Shown: positions 41,497 through 50,858 of the stretch, one piece after another | Numbering within the stretch: position 1 is the first letter of the stretch | Layout of the letters: each line of letters begins with the position of its first letter | Assembly: GCA_947631025.1 (NCBI GenBank) | Contig: CANRKA010000003.1 | Location: 1-57,463 of the forward strand | Source: an uncultured Clostridia bacterium | GTDB taxonomy: Bacteria > Bacillota > Clostridia > TANB77 > CAG-508 | Direction of reading: 5' to 3' | Length of the DNA: 57,463 nucleotides | Position numbers and translations under genes: made by a program | Notes under the pieces: model-generated | What the model saw: the letters and a program-made list of their open reading frames with translations, nothing else | The model's database searches: none | Told to the model about the DNA's origin: nothing

Positions 41497-41859
41497 TTAT
41501 ATTTTATGCTCAATATGTTCTTCTGCAATTTCAAATACTTGTTTAACATGATTATCATCTAACATATAATAAACTTCTTTTCCTTGTTTTCGGCATTTTA
41601 CAATACCACTTCTTCTTAATGTTCCTAACTGATGAGATATTGATGATTTACTCATACTTAATGCGTTAGCAATATCACATACACACATTTCATTTTTATC
41701 TAATGCAAATAAAATTTTTATTCTAGTTGTATCTCCTAATATTTTAAAAAATTCTGCCATTTTATTAAAAAGATTATAATCTTTCATCTGCTTTAATGTA
41801 TTGTCGACTACCTCTTTATGTATTATATTGCAGTCACATATAAATTCATTTTTTGACAT
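41497..41859 (-). CDS. cadC: ArsR/SmtB-family metalloregulator, CadC-like
   Basis: The CVCD motif lies in the HTH region and a CDC is near the N-terminus. I prefer the ATG at 41859, which follows AAGGAAGG; the track start at 41865 is a TTG. Confidence 0.85.
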   Translation of the reverse strand: MSKNEFICDCNIIHKEVVDNTLKQMKDYNLFNKMAEFFKILGDTTRIKILFALDKNEMCVCDIANALSMSKSSISHQLGTLRRSGIVKCRKQGKEVYYMLDDNHVKQVFEIAEEHIEHKI

Positions 41860-41887
41860 TTTCAACCTTCCTTTTATTTATTAATAA

Positions 41888-41903
41888 TTGAGTAAGTACT
41901 CAA
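41888..41903. promoter_or_regulatory. ArsR/SmtB-type operator palindrome 1
   Basis: TTGAGTA-AG-TACTCAA is a perfect inverted repeat downstream of the -10 element. Confidence 0.6.
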
Positions 41904-41912
41904 CTTTACTTT

Positions 41913-41942
41913 ATTATAGTTGAATATTTACTCAATTGTCAA
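41913..41942 (-). promoter_or_regulatory. sigma-A promoter of the cadC operon, with operator palindrome 2 (41920..41935) inside the spacer
   Basis: Minus sense: TTGACA, 18 nt, TATAAT. The spacer contains TTGAGTAAATATTCAA, a near copy of operator 1. Confidence 0.6.
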
Positions 41943-42161
41943 TACCTCTTTTATACTTTTTTATTTATTTATTATTAAAATAACTCTATATAAGCTCATA
42001 AGCATTGTTATAGCATTTAAATCTTTCTATTAATACACATAAATTATATATAATTCTATAATGTTTTAATAATTTTACAAATTTTAGAATAATTTTGTTT
42101 TTAATCTAATATAAATTAACTAAATAAAAAATGTACAAACATTTTACGAGGAGGATATAAA

Positions 42162-43640
42162 ATGGAAAATTTAGAACTTTATCAGGATATTGCAAAACGT
42201 ACAGATGGTGACATTTATGTTGGTGTTGTAGGTCCTGTTAGAACAGGTAAATCTACTTTTATTAAACGTTTTATGGATTTACTTGTTATTCCAAATATTG
42301 ATAACGAATATAAAAAAGAAAGAGCAAGAGATGAACTTCCACAAAGTGCTGCTGGTAGAACTATAATGACAACAGAACCAAAATTTGTCCCTAACGAAGC
42401 TGTAGAAATTACTGTTGGCGATAACATTAAATTTAAAACTCGTTTAGTAGACTGTGTTGGATACTTAGTTAATAATGCTATTGGCTATTTGGAAGATGAT
42501 ATGCCAAGAATGGTTAAAACACCATGGTACAAAGAAGAAATACCTTTTGAGGAAGCTGCAGAAATTGGTACTAAAAAAGTTATTCAAGAGCATTCTACTA
42601 TAGGAATAGTAATGACAACAGATGGAAGTATAACAGACATTCCAAGAGAAGATTATATAGAAGCAGAAGAACGTGTTGTTAATGAACTAAAAGCTATGAA
42701 TAAACCTTTTATAATTATTCTTAATTCAGATAATCCTTATTCTGATTATTGCGTAAATTTAGCACAAAATCTAGAAGAAAAATATGGCTGTAGTGTTATG
42801 CCTATGAACTGTGCAAATTTAAATATTGATGACATAAATAAAATGTTTACAAAAATTTTATACGAATTTCCTATAGACCAAATTAATTTGAATTTTCCTA
42901 AATGGATTAATAGTTTAGAAGATGACCACCCTATAAAAATAGAATTATTTAGTGAATTAAAAATAGCTTTTACAAATGCACATTTACTAAAAGATATAGA
43001 TTCTTGTGTAACTAAAATATCACAAACAGAAATTATTCAACAAACTACTATTTCGCAAATTCAACTTGGTACTGGCAGTGTAGATATTAATATCGCATTA
43101 AAAGAAGAACTTTTATATAAAGTATTAACAGAAATGTCTGGCTTAAATATATCTTGTGAAGAAGATTTATTCTCTACTTTAATAGATTTAGCAAGTTGTA
43201 AATCTGAATATGATAAAATTGCATATGCAATAGAAGAAGTAAAAGCAAAAGGTTATGGTATTGTTACACCAACAATAGATGAACTTATTTTAGATGAACC
43301 AGAAATGGTAAAACAAGGTTCTCGTTTTGGCGTAAAGCTAAAAGCAAAAGCACCTTCAATACATATGATAAGAGCAGATATAGAAACAGAAGTATCTCCT
43401 ATAGTTGGTAGTGAAAAGCAGTCAGAGGAATTGGTAAATTATTTACTTTCAGAATTTGAAAGTGACCCTAAAAAGATTTGGGATTCTAATATATTTGGAA
43501 AAAGCTTACATGAACTTGTAAATGAAGGTTTACAAAATAAATTGTGCCACATGCCAGAAGATGCACAAATGAAATTACAAGAAACATTAGAAAGAATAGT
43601 AAACGAAGGCAGTGGAGGATTAATTTGTATAATACTTTAA
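42162..43640 (+). CDS. spoIVA: stage IV sporulation protein A
   Basis: 492 aa with Walker A GPVRTGKST, conserved along its full length. Confidence 0.95.
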   Translation: MENLELYQDIAKRTDGDIYVGVVGPVRTGKSTFIKRFMDLLVIPNIDNEYKKERARDELPQSAAGRTIMTTEPKFVPNEAVEITVGDNIKFKTRLVDCVGYLVNNAIGYLEDDMPRMVKTPWYKEEIPFEEAAEIGTKKVIQEHSTIGIVMTTDGSITDIPREDYIEAEERVVNELKAMNKPFIIILNSDNPYSDYCVNLAQNLEEKYGCSVMPMNCANLNIDDINKMFTKILYEFPIDQINLNFPKWINSLEDDHPIKIELFSELKIAFTNAHLLKDIDSCVTKISQTEIIQQTTISQIQLGTGSVDINIALKEELLYKVLTEMSGLNISCEEDLFSTLIDLASCKSEYDKIAYAIEEVKAKGYGIVTPTIDELILDEPEMVKQGSRFGVKLKAKAPSIHMIRADIETEVSPIVGSEKQSEELVNYLLSEFESDPKKIWDSNIFGKSLHELVNEGLQNKLCHMPEDAQMKLQETLERIVNEGSGGLICIIL

Positions 43641-43671
43641 AAAAAGCAACCCCTAAGGTTGCTTTTTTTTT
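43640..43671. terminator. bidirectional terminator after spoIVA
   Basis: AAAAAAGCAACC-CCTAA-GGTTGCTTTTTTTTT. Confidence 0.7.
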
Positions 43672-43741
43672 CATAAAAAATGAAGAAGACGGTTTAGAAA
43701 ATATTCTAAATCCGTCCTCTCCGTTAATAGAGTTTAGCAAA

Positions 43742-45382
43742 CTATTTGCCAACTATATCGTCGGCAGTCTGATTTTCAGTTACAATATTGGTCGCAAACC
43801 CATAGTCGTCTCTACGAATGGTTTTTCCATTTGACCCAAGTTTTTTCATTTTTACTTTTCCGCCCTTATATGCTGCAGTGTATGGAATACTATAATAGTC
43901 TCCATTCTTAAACAACACTATGACGTTCCAACTTTCTTTAATGAATGCTGCTGAAGCAACATTTTGTAAGTGAATTCCATTCCAATTAAGTTCTCCTGTA
44001 GCTTTATTAAATTCCAGCCAACCATAAAGCTTATTATTTCCTTTGAAGAGTTTTATTCTGCCTTCAGAAGTAATAACTCTTGCATGAGCTTTTCTGGTTA
44101 CAACTACTGTAATTTTTATCTTCTTAGAAGAATTTGTTACGGTAAATTTGGTCTTTGCACCATTTTTAGCACTCTTAGGTGCTTTAATTTTGATGTAAGA
44201 CTTTGTAACTTTCGTTACTTTTGCAATTTTCTTGCTACCTCCAGAAACTTTTGCCTTAACAATATTTCCTTTAGTATTTTTAGCAGTGTAACTAATCTTC
44301 TTAGAAGTTCCAGCCTTTATTACAACAACTTTAGAACTAACACTAAGTTTAGCCTTACTTTTTGTTGTAACTCCATTATTTACAGAAATTGGAATTGGAT
44401 TATTGAAATCAATAGTTGTTTTTGCCTCCACAGTTCCTGAAGCTCCACCTTGTCCCTTTTCTACCTCCTGATAATTTGCAGTTCCATGATTTTCTACTTG
44501 TGCACTACCTTCACCTATTCCTTCCTCATGCTTTGACCCTACTAAAACTCTTTCAGTTTTAAGGAGCCTTCCCTCTTCATCGTAGAAATAATAAGTTGTT
44601 TCTTTCTCAGTTACCTCAGTCTTGATATCAATATGATTATTCCACGCAATGTCGGTATACTGTTCCCATGTGATTTCTCCATTTCTATACTTTTCCCACC
44701 AGAAATTAAGAAGCCATTCTATGTAGCTATCAACTTCGATATCTGGTACCTCAGTTGTAGTTGCAGGTTTTTCAGTTGTAGTTATAGGTGTCTCAGTTGT
44801 AGTTATAGGTGTTTCAGTTGTAGTTACAGGTGTTTCAGTCGTTGACTGAAATGGCTTGTCATTTACTAACTCATACAAAACGTTCCAAGTTGGTAATGGA
44901 ATTAACTTCATGTACTGGTTTGTATAATGAGTAGCATAATTTGCATTAGTTCCCTTCTTTTCTAAGCTAAGAGCTTCAAGGTCAAACTGTGAATTGGTTT
45001 CACCTTTCCACTTTTGCAATACTCCAACTTTACCTAAGATTTCGTAATTATACCAATAAATGGCAGAATTACGGTATACTACCCAAAGGGTACCATACTC
45101 ATCAAAGGCTTGGCAAATCGCCTCGTCAGAATTAACTGCAGCAACACTGGTATTGGTCATTACCTTATCTGTAACTGTAGAGTTACTATAAGTAACTTTG
45201 CCATCACAGTAAGTATAACTTACCTCACCAGAGCCAAGTGGATTACTATAAGAAACTGTCTCGCTATATGTTACAGCAGCTTTTGTGGTAATTGGGCTAG
45301 CTACGCTAGTAATTACCATTGCTATAACTAAGAAAAATGCAATACTCCGGGTTACTTTGTTTAACTTTGCTGTACTATTCAT
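43742..45382 (-). CDS. secreted protein with a Thr-rich linker and an Ig-like (Big_2-type) domain
   Basis: Signal peptide, a TTETPIT x4 linker, and a K-rich beta segment (VVVIKAGTSKKISYTAKNTKGN…TVTNSSKKIKITVVV). It contains an in-frame CGG at 45347..45349. Confidence 0.65.
   Translation of the reverse strand: MNSTAKLNKVTRSIAFFLVIAMVITSVASPITTKAAVTYSETVSYSNPLGSGEVSYTYCDGKVTYSNSTVTDKVMTNTSVAAVNSDEAICQAFDEYGTLWVVYRNSAIYWYNYEILGKVGVLQKWKGETNSQFDLEALSLEKKGTNANYATHYTNQYMKLIPLPTWNVLYELVNDKPFQSTTETPVTTTETPITTTETPITTTEKPATTTEVPDIEVDSYIEWLLNFWWEKYRNGEITWEQYTDIAWNNHIDIKTEVTEKETTYYFYDEEGRLLKTERVLVGSKHEEGIGEGSAQVENHGTANYQEVEKGQGGASGTVEAKTTIDFNNPIPISVNNGVTTKSKAKLSVSSKVVVIKAGTSKKISYTAKNTKGNIVKAKVSGGSKKIAKVTKVTKSYIKIKAPKSAKNGAKTKFTVTNSSKKIKITVVVTRKAHARVITSEGRIKLFKGNNKLYGWLEFNKATGELNWNGIHLQNVASAAFIKESWNVIVLFKNGDYYSIPYTAAYKGGKVKMKKLGSNGKTIRRDDYGFATNIVTENQTADDIVGK
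44751..44834 (-). repeat. four tandem 21-nt coding repeats (TTETPIT units)
   Basis: tcagttgtagtt[at]taggtgt-type unit repeated head to tail inside the CDS. Confidence 0.8.
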
Positions 45383-45437
45383 AATGATTCCTCCATTCTT
45401 TTAATTCAATTTTCAAAGTACGTTGCTAAACTCCTTT

Positions 45438-45456
45438 TGTTTGCCAATGGCAAACA
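45438..45456. promoter_or_regulatory. perfect palindrome in the leader of the 546-aa gene
   Basis: TGTTTGCCA-A-TGGCAAACA lies between the predicted promoter and the RBS. Confidence 0.4.
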
Positions 45457-45486
45457 TAAAAATGTAATATGTTTTTACATAAATAT

Positions 45487-45515
45487 ATTATACTACTATT
45501 TACATAATTTGTCAA
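45487..45515 (-). promoter_or_regulatory. consensus sigma-A promoter for the 546-aa secreted protein gene
   Basis: Minus sense: TTGACA, 17 nt, TATAAT. Confidence 0.6.
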
Positions 45516-45608
45516 CATTTTACATTTATTCAGTATAATAGTGCCAATTATAATTATTTTTAACACTTTATATACTATGCCTACAAACTGCATTTTATTA
45601 CAAAAAAT

Positions 45609-45629
45609 AAGCCGATGTACTATCGGCTT
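45609..45629 (-). terminator. intrinsic terminator after the LPxTG-type gene
   Basis: AAGCCGAT-loop-ATCGGCTT followed, in the minus sense, by ATTTTTTG. Confidence 0.7.
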
Positions 45630-45651
45630 ACTTTATATTAATATTTTATTG

Positions 45652-46521
45652 TTATTTTATTACGTTTCTATATTTTATGTATGATACTCCAGCTGCTACT
45701 GCTGCTACTGCAATAATAGCTATAATTGTAGTACTTGCACCTGTATATGGTAATTTGCTTGTTGATGTTTCTTTTCCAATGTTTTGAACTGGTTTTTTGT
45801 TATTTTCTTGTTTAATTTCTGTTTCATTTTTTGCTTCATTTTTTTGTTCATTTTTTGGTTCTTCAGCTTTTTTAGTTCCTGTTACTTTATAATATTGTGG
45901 TCTATAAGCTGTTCTAGAACCTTCACATTTTACCCATAATACAACATTTTTTGTTCCTTCAATTGTTGATAAGTCTATTTCTACTGTTTTATTATCTGTT
46001 GATTCTGTCCAAGCTTCTGGACGTTGACCATATAATGTTGCTATATAAGATTCCCATACATCAACTGTTACAGCTCTATTAAAAGCTGTTGATGTATTTA
46101 ATGCAGTTACTCCATCTAATGACATAATTTGAGTTTCTTCTGTTGCATCTTTATAATATTTATTTTTATAAGCAGCTAATAAACTTTGATAATTTGTTAA
46201 ATCTGGATTTGTAGCATCTGATGGATCTATTTGTCCTTCTACATATGTACCATATGCTTCTGCTATTTTAACTTCTTCTTCATATCTTTCTATTTTTGCA
46301 ATATCTTGGTCTGATATTTGTCCTACAACAAATTGATATGACATTTTTGTAGCACCTACAGTTACTCCTGTAACTTCTCCTTTTCCGTTTGTTAATGATG
46401 TTGGCATTTTTATTGCTGTATCATCAAATGTTACATTAGTATCTGTAGCAAATACACTTGTTGATGTTGCAAGTATTATTGCAGCTATTACTGCTGTTAA
46501 TGAAATTTTTAAATTTTTCAT
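45652..46521 (-). CDS. sortase-anchored (LPxTG-type) surface protein
   Basis: Signal peptide. The C-terminus carries LPYTG, a hydrophobic stretch and a KYRNVIK tail. Confidence 0.75.
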   Translation of the reverse strand: MKNLKISLTAVIAAIILATSTSVFATDTNVTFDDTAIKMPTSLTNGKGEVTGVTVGATKMSYQFVVGQISDQDIAKIERYEEEVKIAEAYGTYVEGQIDPSDATNPDLTNYQSLLAAYKNKYYKDATEETQIMSLDGVTALNTSTAFNRAVTVDVWESYIATLYGQRPEAWTESTDNKTVEIDLSTIEGTKNVVLWVKCEGSRTAYRPQYYKVTGTKKAEEPKNEQKNEAKNETEIKQENNKKPVQNIGKETSTSKLPYTGASTTIIAIIAVAAVAAGVSYIKYRNVIK

Positions 46522-46581
46522 TTTAACCTCCTAATATTTTTTTATTAATTTTTTGTTACGTTTACATAACTATCTTTTACT

Positions 46582-46610
46582 ATTATAAAATGTTTACCAT
46601 AATTTGTCAA
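46582..46610 (-). promoter_or_regulatory. consensus sigma-A promoter for the LPxTG-type gene
   Basis: Minus sense: TTGACA, 17 nt, TATAAT. The spacer begins AATTATGGTAAA, close to the promoter at 45487..45515. Confidence 0.6.
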
Positions 46611-46657
46611 GTCTTCTATATAATTTTTTAAAAGAACTTGCATTATTGGCATGTTTT

Positions 46658-47752
46658 TTATTTATAATCTGCTATATTTAACTGTGGATATGTAAATACT
46701 ATTCCTCCTTCAGATGTTTTCCCTGTTGGTTGGTGTGAATCGTTAAAATTATTATGTCCCCTTAAGAAATAATTGTATCTATTTTTATTTGTTAGCTTAC
46801 CACCATCTTTTATAATAGGGTCATCCCAAGTAACATCTACTGCATACCATGCTCCATCTAATTTTATATAATTCCAAGCATGCTCTTCTGTTTGTCCTTT
46901 TGAATTTGTTCCATATCCTATAATTATAATACTTTCTATACCTGCTTTATCTAATAAATACTTAAATGCTTTTGCATAACCTTCGCATACAACTTCTTTT
47001 TCTATAATTGCCCCATATATTGTTCGTATATTGTTTTTACTTATTGTTTGGTCATAGGTTATATTATCTACAAGCCAGTTATGTATTTCCTTTATTTTTA
47101 CGTAATCACTTGCTAAAGAATCTTCTATAATATTATTTGAAATATACTCAATTTGGTTTAGGCAATTTTCTATCTGTTCTTTTGAATAAAATCCTTCGCT
47201 AAAATAACTTGCCCCATTTTCTCCTCCTATTGTTACAGTATATGTTGTTTTTCTTCCTATTGTACGAGCATTCATTAATAGATATAATTTTGTAACATCT
47301 ATATAAAATACATCTGGATTATCTAAAAAATATGCATCTAATGCAGCTTGATAGCTTGTATTAATTTGTTGCTTTCCATCTTCAGAATTTAAAAGGGTAT
47401 TAAAAGTTTTACCATAATCTATTGTATAATTACCAGTTTTCATATTCTCTTTATTTTCGTATATTTTATCATATATTAACTTTGCATATGAGTCTAGTTG
47501 GTCATAATAAAATTTTCCACTATTAGAGTTTAAAGTGTTATATGTTGCATTAATAGAGTCTGAAAGATTAACTGCATTTGTTTCTTCTTTCTTTTCTATA
47601 ACAATAACATCATCATATTCTTGATTAAATAGTTCAGCTACTTCTTCATTTTTTAAAACGTATTCATTTAAGATGTATATTATTACTGCAATCATAAAAA
47701 TAAATATTAAAAATATTATTAAATTTTTTATTACACTAAAAAAACTTTTCAT
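46658..47752 (-). CDS. membrane-anchored transglutaminase-like protein
   Basis: TM anchor plus a transglutaminase core (VCEGYAKAF…HAWNYIKLDGAWYAVDVTWDD). I prefer the ATG at 47752, which follows a GGAGG; the track start is 47773. Confidence 0.8.
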   Translation of the reverse strand: MKSFFSVIKNLIIFLIFIFMIAVIIYILNEYVLKNEEVAELFNQEYDDVIVIEKKEETNAVNLSDSINATYNTLNSNSGKFYYDQLDSYAKLIYDKIYENKENMKTGNYTIDYGKTFNTLLNSEDGKQQINTSYQAALDAYFLDNPDVFYIDVTKLYLLMNARTIGRKTTYTVTIGGENGASYFSEGFYSKEQIENCLNQIEYISNNIIEDSLASDYVKIKEIHNWLVDNITYDQTISKNNIRTIYGAIIEKEVVCEGYAKAFKYLLDKAGIESIIIIGYGTNSKGQTEEHAWNYIKLDGAWYAVDVTWDDPIIKDGGKLTNKNRYNYFLRGHNNFNDSHQPTGKTSEGGIVFTYPQLNIADYK

Positions 47753-47891
47753 ATTTTTCCTCCGTTTTTTCATCTATTTTTATTATAACATTTTTTTCTT
47801 TTAAATTATATAAAATTTTTACTTTTTACATATTTTATTAGAATTTGAAAATAATAGAAGTATAAAATATTAAAAAAACTGAAGGGATTTT

Positions 47892-49655
47892 ATGAGTGTT
47901 TTTAAAAAAATTGTAAATTCATTTAAATATGAACCTAAAAAACAATATAATTTTGCTTTAACTACAGATGAAGAAAAAGAATCTAACATTACCTATGAAG
48001 AGGAAATTAAAGAAGATAAACCTACTGTAAAAAATGTTTACTCTAATTTAGGTGAAAATTTAAAATATATTAAAACAAAATTTAATACCTTAATTAATTC
48101 TGATATTGTTGTTAGAGAATTTAATGTATATGCAAAGAATAATAAATATTCTGCCTTTATTGTTTATATAGATGGCCTAACAGATACACAAATGATTAGT
48201 GATTTTGTTATTAAGCCTTTAATGATTAGAAATAATGCAAATACATTTAATCCAAATAACAACACTAATAATAATACTAATAATAATAACAACAATAATC
48301 TACCTAAGGCAACAACCTCTATAGATAAAAAGAAATATCCTATTGTTCATATAAAAAAGAAAAATTCAAGTTTTAATTTATGTGATTATATTTTTAATTT
48401 TCTTTTACCACAAAATGATGTTAAAAAAACTAAAGATTTTTCTGAACTTGTTTCTGGGATTAATTCTGGAAATTGTGCCTTATTTATAGATACCATTAAT
48501 TATGGTTTTGATATTGATGTAAAAAGCTTTCAACAAAGAAGTGTTAATGTTCCAAATAATGAAATTGTTATAAAGGGTCCTCAAGAAGCTTTTGTTGAGA
48601 ATTTAAGAACAAACACCTCTTTAATTCGTAGAAGTGTTAATAATGAAAATTTAGTTATAGAAAATTTAGAAGTTGGAAAATTAAGCAAAACTAAATGTGC
48701 TGTTTGCTATATGAAAGATATTGCCAATAATGATTTAGTTGCAGAAGTTAAGTATAGAATAAGCAATTTGGAGTTAGACTCTCTTCTTTCTTCTGGAGAG
48801 TTAGAACAACTTATAGAAGAAAATAGTCATTTTGGAATTCCAAAACTTCTTTCAACTGAAAGACCGGATAAATGTACAAAAGCCTTATTTCAAGGTAGAG
48901 TAATTGTTATTGTAAATGGAACACCATATGCAATTATAACACCTGCAACTTTTGTAGATTTTATTTCTTCACCTGAAGATACAAATTTAAAGCCACAGTT
49001 TGCTAATTTTTTAAAAATTATACGTATACTTGCATTATTTTTAACTTTACTATTACCAGGTTTATGGATAGCCATTACTAATTTTCATCAAGAACTTATT
49101 CCTACTGAACTTTTATTTTCTATAATTGCTTCTAGAGAAAACGTTCCTTTTCCTGTTATTTTTGAAGTGTTAATAATGGAAATTTCTTTTGAACTTATAA
49201 GAGAAGCAAGTTTAAGAGTTCCATCTGCAATTGGTTCTACTATTGGTATTGTTGGAGCTTTGGTTTTAGGAGATGCTGCTGTTAGTGCTAATATTATTAG
49301 TCCACTTCTTATTATAGTAATTGCTATAACTGGAATTGCATCTTTTGCTATACCTGATTTTTCTTTTGGGTTTCATATAAGAATAATGAGGTTTGCTTTT
49401 ATTATATTTGGCTATATTGCCGGTTTGCTTGGCATTGCTCTTGGACTTTTTATTTATATTGCTATACTATGCAGTTTAAAGTCTTTTGGGGTTCCATATA
49501 TGGTTCCTTTTGCACCTGTTATTAACTTCAGTGGAAGCAAATATTTTGTCCCTTTTGCATATAAGCAAGAAAAAAGACCAGATTATTTAAATACAAAAAG
49601 ACCAGTTACACAAGCAGAGATAAGTATGAAGTGGAAAAAGACAGGTGAGGAATAA
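47892..49655 (+). CDS. spore germination protein, GerA (A-subunit) family
   Basis: 587 aa with the conserved C-terminal membrane domain (PFPVIFEVLIMEISFELIREA). It carries an Asn-rich insertion near residue 120. Confidence 0.85.
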   Translation: MSVFKKIVNSFKYEPKKQYNFALTTDEEKESNITYEEEIKEDKPTVKNVYSNLGENLKYIKTKFNTLINSDIVVREFNVYAKNNKYSAFIVYIDGLTDTQMISDFVIKPLMIRNNANTFNPNNNTNNNTNNNNNNNLPKATTSIDKKKYPIVHIKKKNSSFNLCDYIFNFLLPQNDVKKTKDFSELVSGINSGNCALFIDTINYGFDIDVKSFQQRSVNVPNNEIVIKGPQEAFVENLRTNTSLIRRSVNNENLVIENLEVGKLSKTKCAVCYMKDIANNDLVAEVKYRISNLELDSLLSSGELEQLIEENSHFGIPKLLSTERPDKCTKALFQGRVIVIVNGTPYAIITPATFVDFISSPEDTNLKPQFANFLKIIRILALFLTLLLPGLWIAITNFHQELIPTELLFSIIASRENVPFPVIFEVLIMEISFELIREASLRVPSAIGSTIGIVGALVLGDAAVSANIISPLLIIVIAITGIASFAIPDFSFGFHIRIMRFAFIIFGYIAGLLGIALGLFIYIAILCSLKSFGVPYMVPFAPVINFSGSKYFVPFAYKQEKRPDYLNTKRPVTQAEISMKWKKTGEE

Positions 49656-49745
49656 AAATTAAGATATTAAATTGACATTTCTAGCTTTTTTTAATCTAAC
49701 TTCATACTTTAAATTTCACAAACAATTAAAAGAATAGGAGGAAAA

Positions 49746-50858
49746 ATGAAAGAAAAAGTTGGTTCTATTGAGGCAATAGCTCTTGTTTTAATAATAGTAA
49801 TAAATCATTGTATTATTAGTTTTCCTAAAAATATTATAGCTTCAACATATTCTGCTTCTATTATAAATGTAATATTTATTACTATTTTAGCATTAATATT
49901 TATACATTTTGTTTCTAAATTTCTTAATAAATTTAATGACAAAAATATATTAGGTATTTCGGAATTTTTAGGTGGTAAAACCTTAAAATACATTGTTGGC
50001 GTTTTATTTTTAATTTATTTTTTATTTGTTGTAAGTATAACACTTAGAAGTTTTTGTGAAAGTTTAAAAATTATATATTTCCAAAACTATGCTATTACTT
50101 TTATAATTGGTCTTTTTATTTTGGCAATAGTTACTTGTAATTTTTTAGGTTTAAAATCTATTGTTCGCAGTAATTTAATAATTTCCCCTTTACTAATTAT
50201 TAGCATTGTTTTTGTATTTGTTGGAAATATTAAAAACTTTAATTATGACCATATTTATCCTATTTTAGGGAATGGCACTTTTACAACTTTTATTAGTGGA
50301 ATGAGTAATATATACGCTTTTTCTTCTATTGCTATTATTTATTTTTTACCTTCTTACCTAAAAAATAATAAAGAAATAAAAGTAATTTCATACACCTCTA
50401 CTATACTTTCTGGTGTTTTACTTTTAATTAGTATTGCATCTGTTTTACTTATATTTGATAATTTAGAATCTATAGAACAGATTTTACCTCTTTATTTAGT
50501 TGCAAGAGTTATTGAGTTTGGACGATTTTTTCAAAGAATTGATGCTGTATTCTTGCTAATTTGGATAATATCTATAATTTCGTATTTAAGCTTTATTGTC
50601 GCTCTTTGCAATAATATTTTTAAGGAATTATTTAATATAGAAAATTCAAATATGTTAAATGGAATTTGGGGATTAATTGTTTTAGGAATTAGCTTATTTC
50701 CAAAAAATCTTGCTTTTATTAGATTTTTAGAAAATTATGTGTACAAATATAGTGTTATTGGTATTGTTTTTGTTTTTTCTTTTGTTATTTTGTTACTTGC
50801 TTATATTAAGAAAAAAAGAGAATTTATACATGAAAAGGAGCAGAAAAAAATTTTATGA
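49746..50858 (+). CDS. spore germination protein, GerAB-type permease subunit
   Basis: 370-aa protein with about 10 TM segments in the second position of the operon. Confidence 0.8.
   Translation: MKEKVGSIEAIALVLIIVINHCIISFPKNIIASTYSASIINVIFITILALIFIHFVSKFLNKFNDKNILGISEFLGGKTLKYIVGVLFLIYFLFVVSITLRSFCESLKIIYFQNYAITFIIGLFILAIVTCNFLGLKSIVRSNLIISPLLIISIVFVFVGNIKNFNYDHIYPILGNGTFTTFISGMSNIYAFSSIAIIYFLPSYLKNNKEIKVISYTSTILSGVLLLISIASVLLIFDNLESIEQILPLYLVARVIEFGRFFQRIDAVFLLIWIISIISYLSFIVALCNNIFKELFNIENSNMLNGIWGLIVLGISLFPKNLAFIRFLENYVYKYSVIGIVFVFSFVILLLAYIKKKREFIHEKEQKKIL

Noticed and set aside
44751-44834. Regular 21-nt tandem repeats, which could look like a short CRISPR-like or satellite array
   Set aside because: There are no spacers. 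The units are in frame and encode the TTETPIT linker of a secreted protein.
43970-45331. Plus-strand track ORFs inside the 546-aa secreted protein gene
   Set aside because: Antisense shadows with Cys/Ser/Phe-rich repeats generated by the Thr-rich coding repeats on the other strand.
47762-47764. In-frame CGG in the track version of the transglutaminase-like ORF (MKKRRKNM…)
   Set aside because: The GGAGG that follows is the RBS for the ATG at 47752, so this CGG is most likely in the leader and is not a codon.
48251-48299. Asn-rich run (NNNTNNNTNNNNNNN) in the GerA-family protein
   Set aside because: This is a low-complexity expansion typical of very AT-rich genomes. It is in frame and lies in a linker region, so it is not a separate feature.
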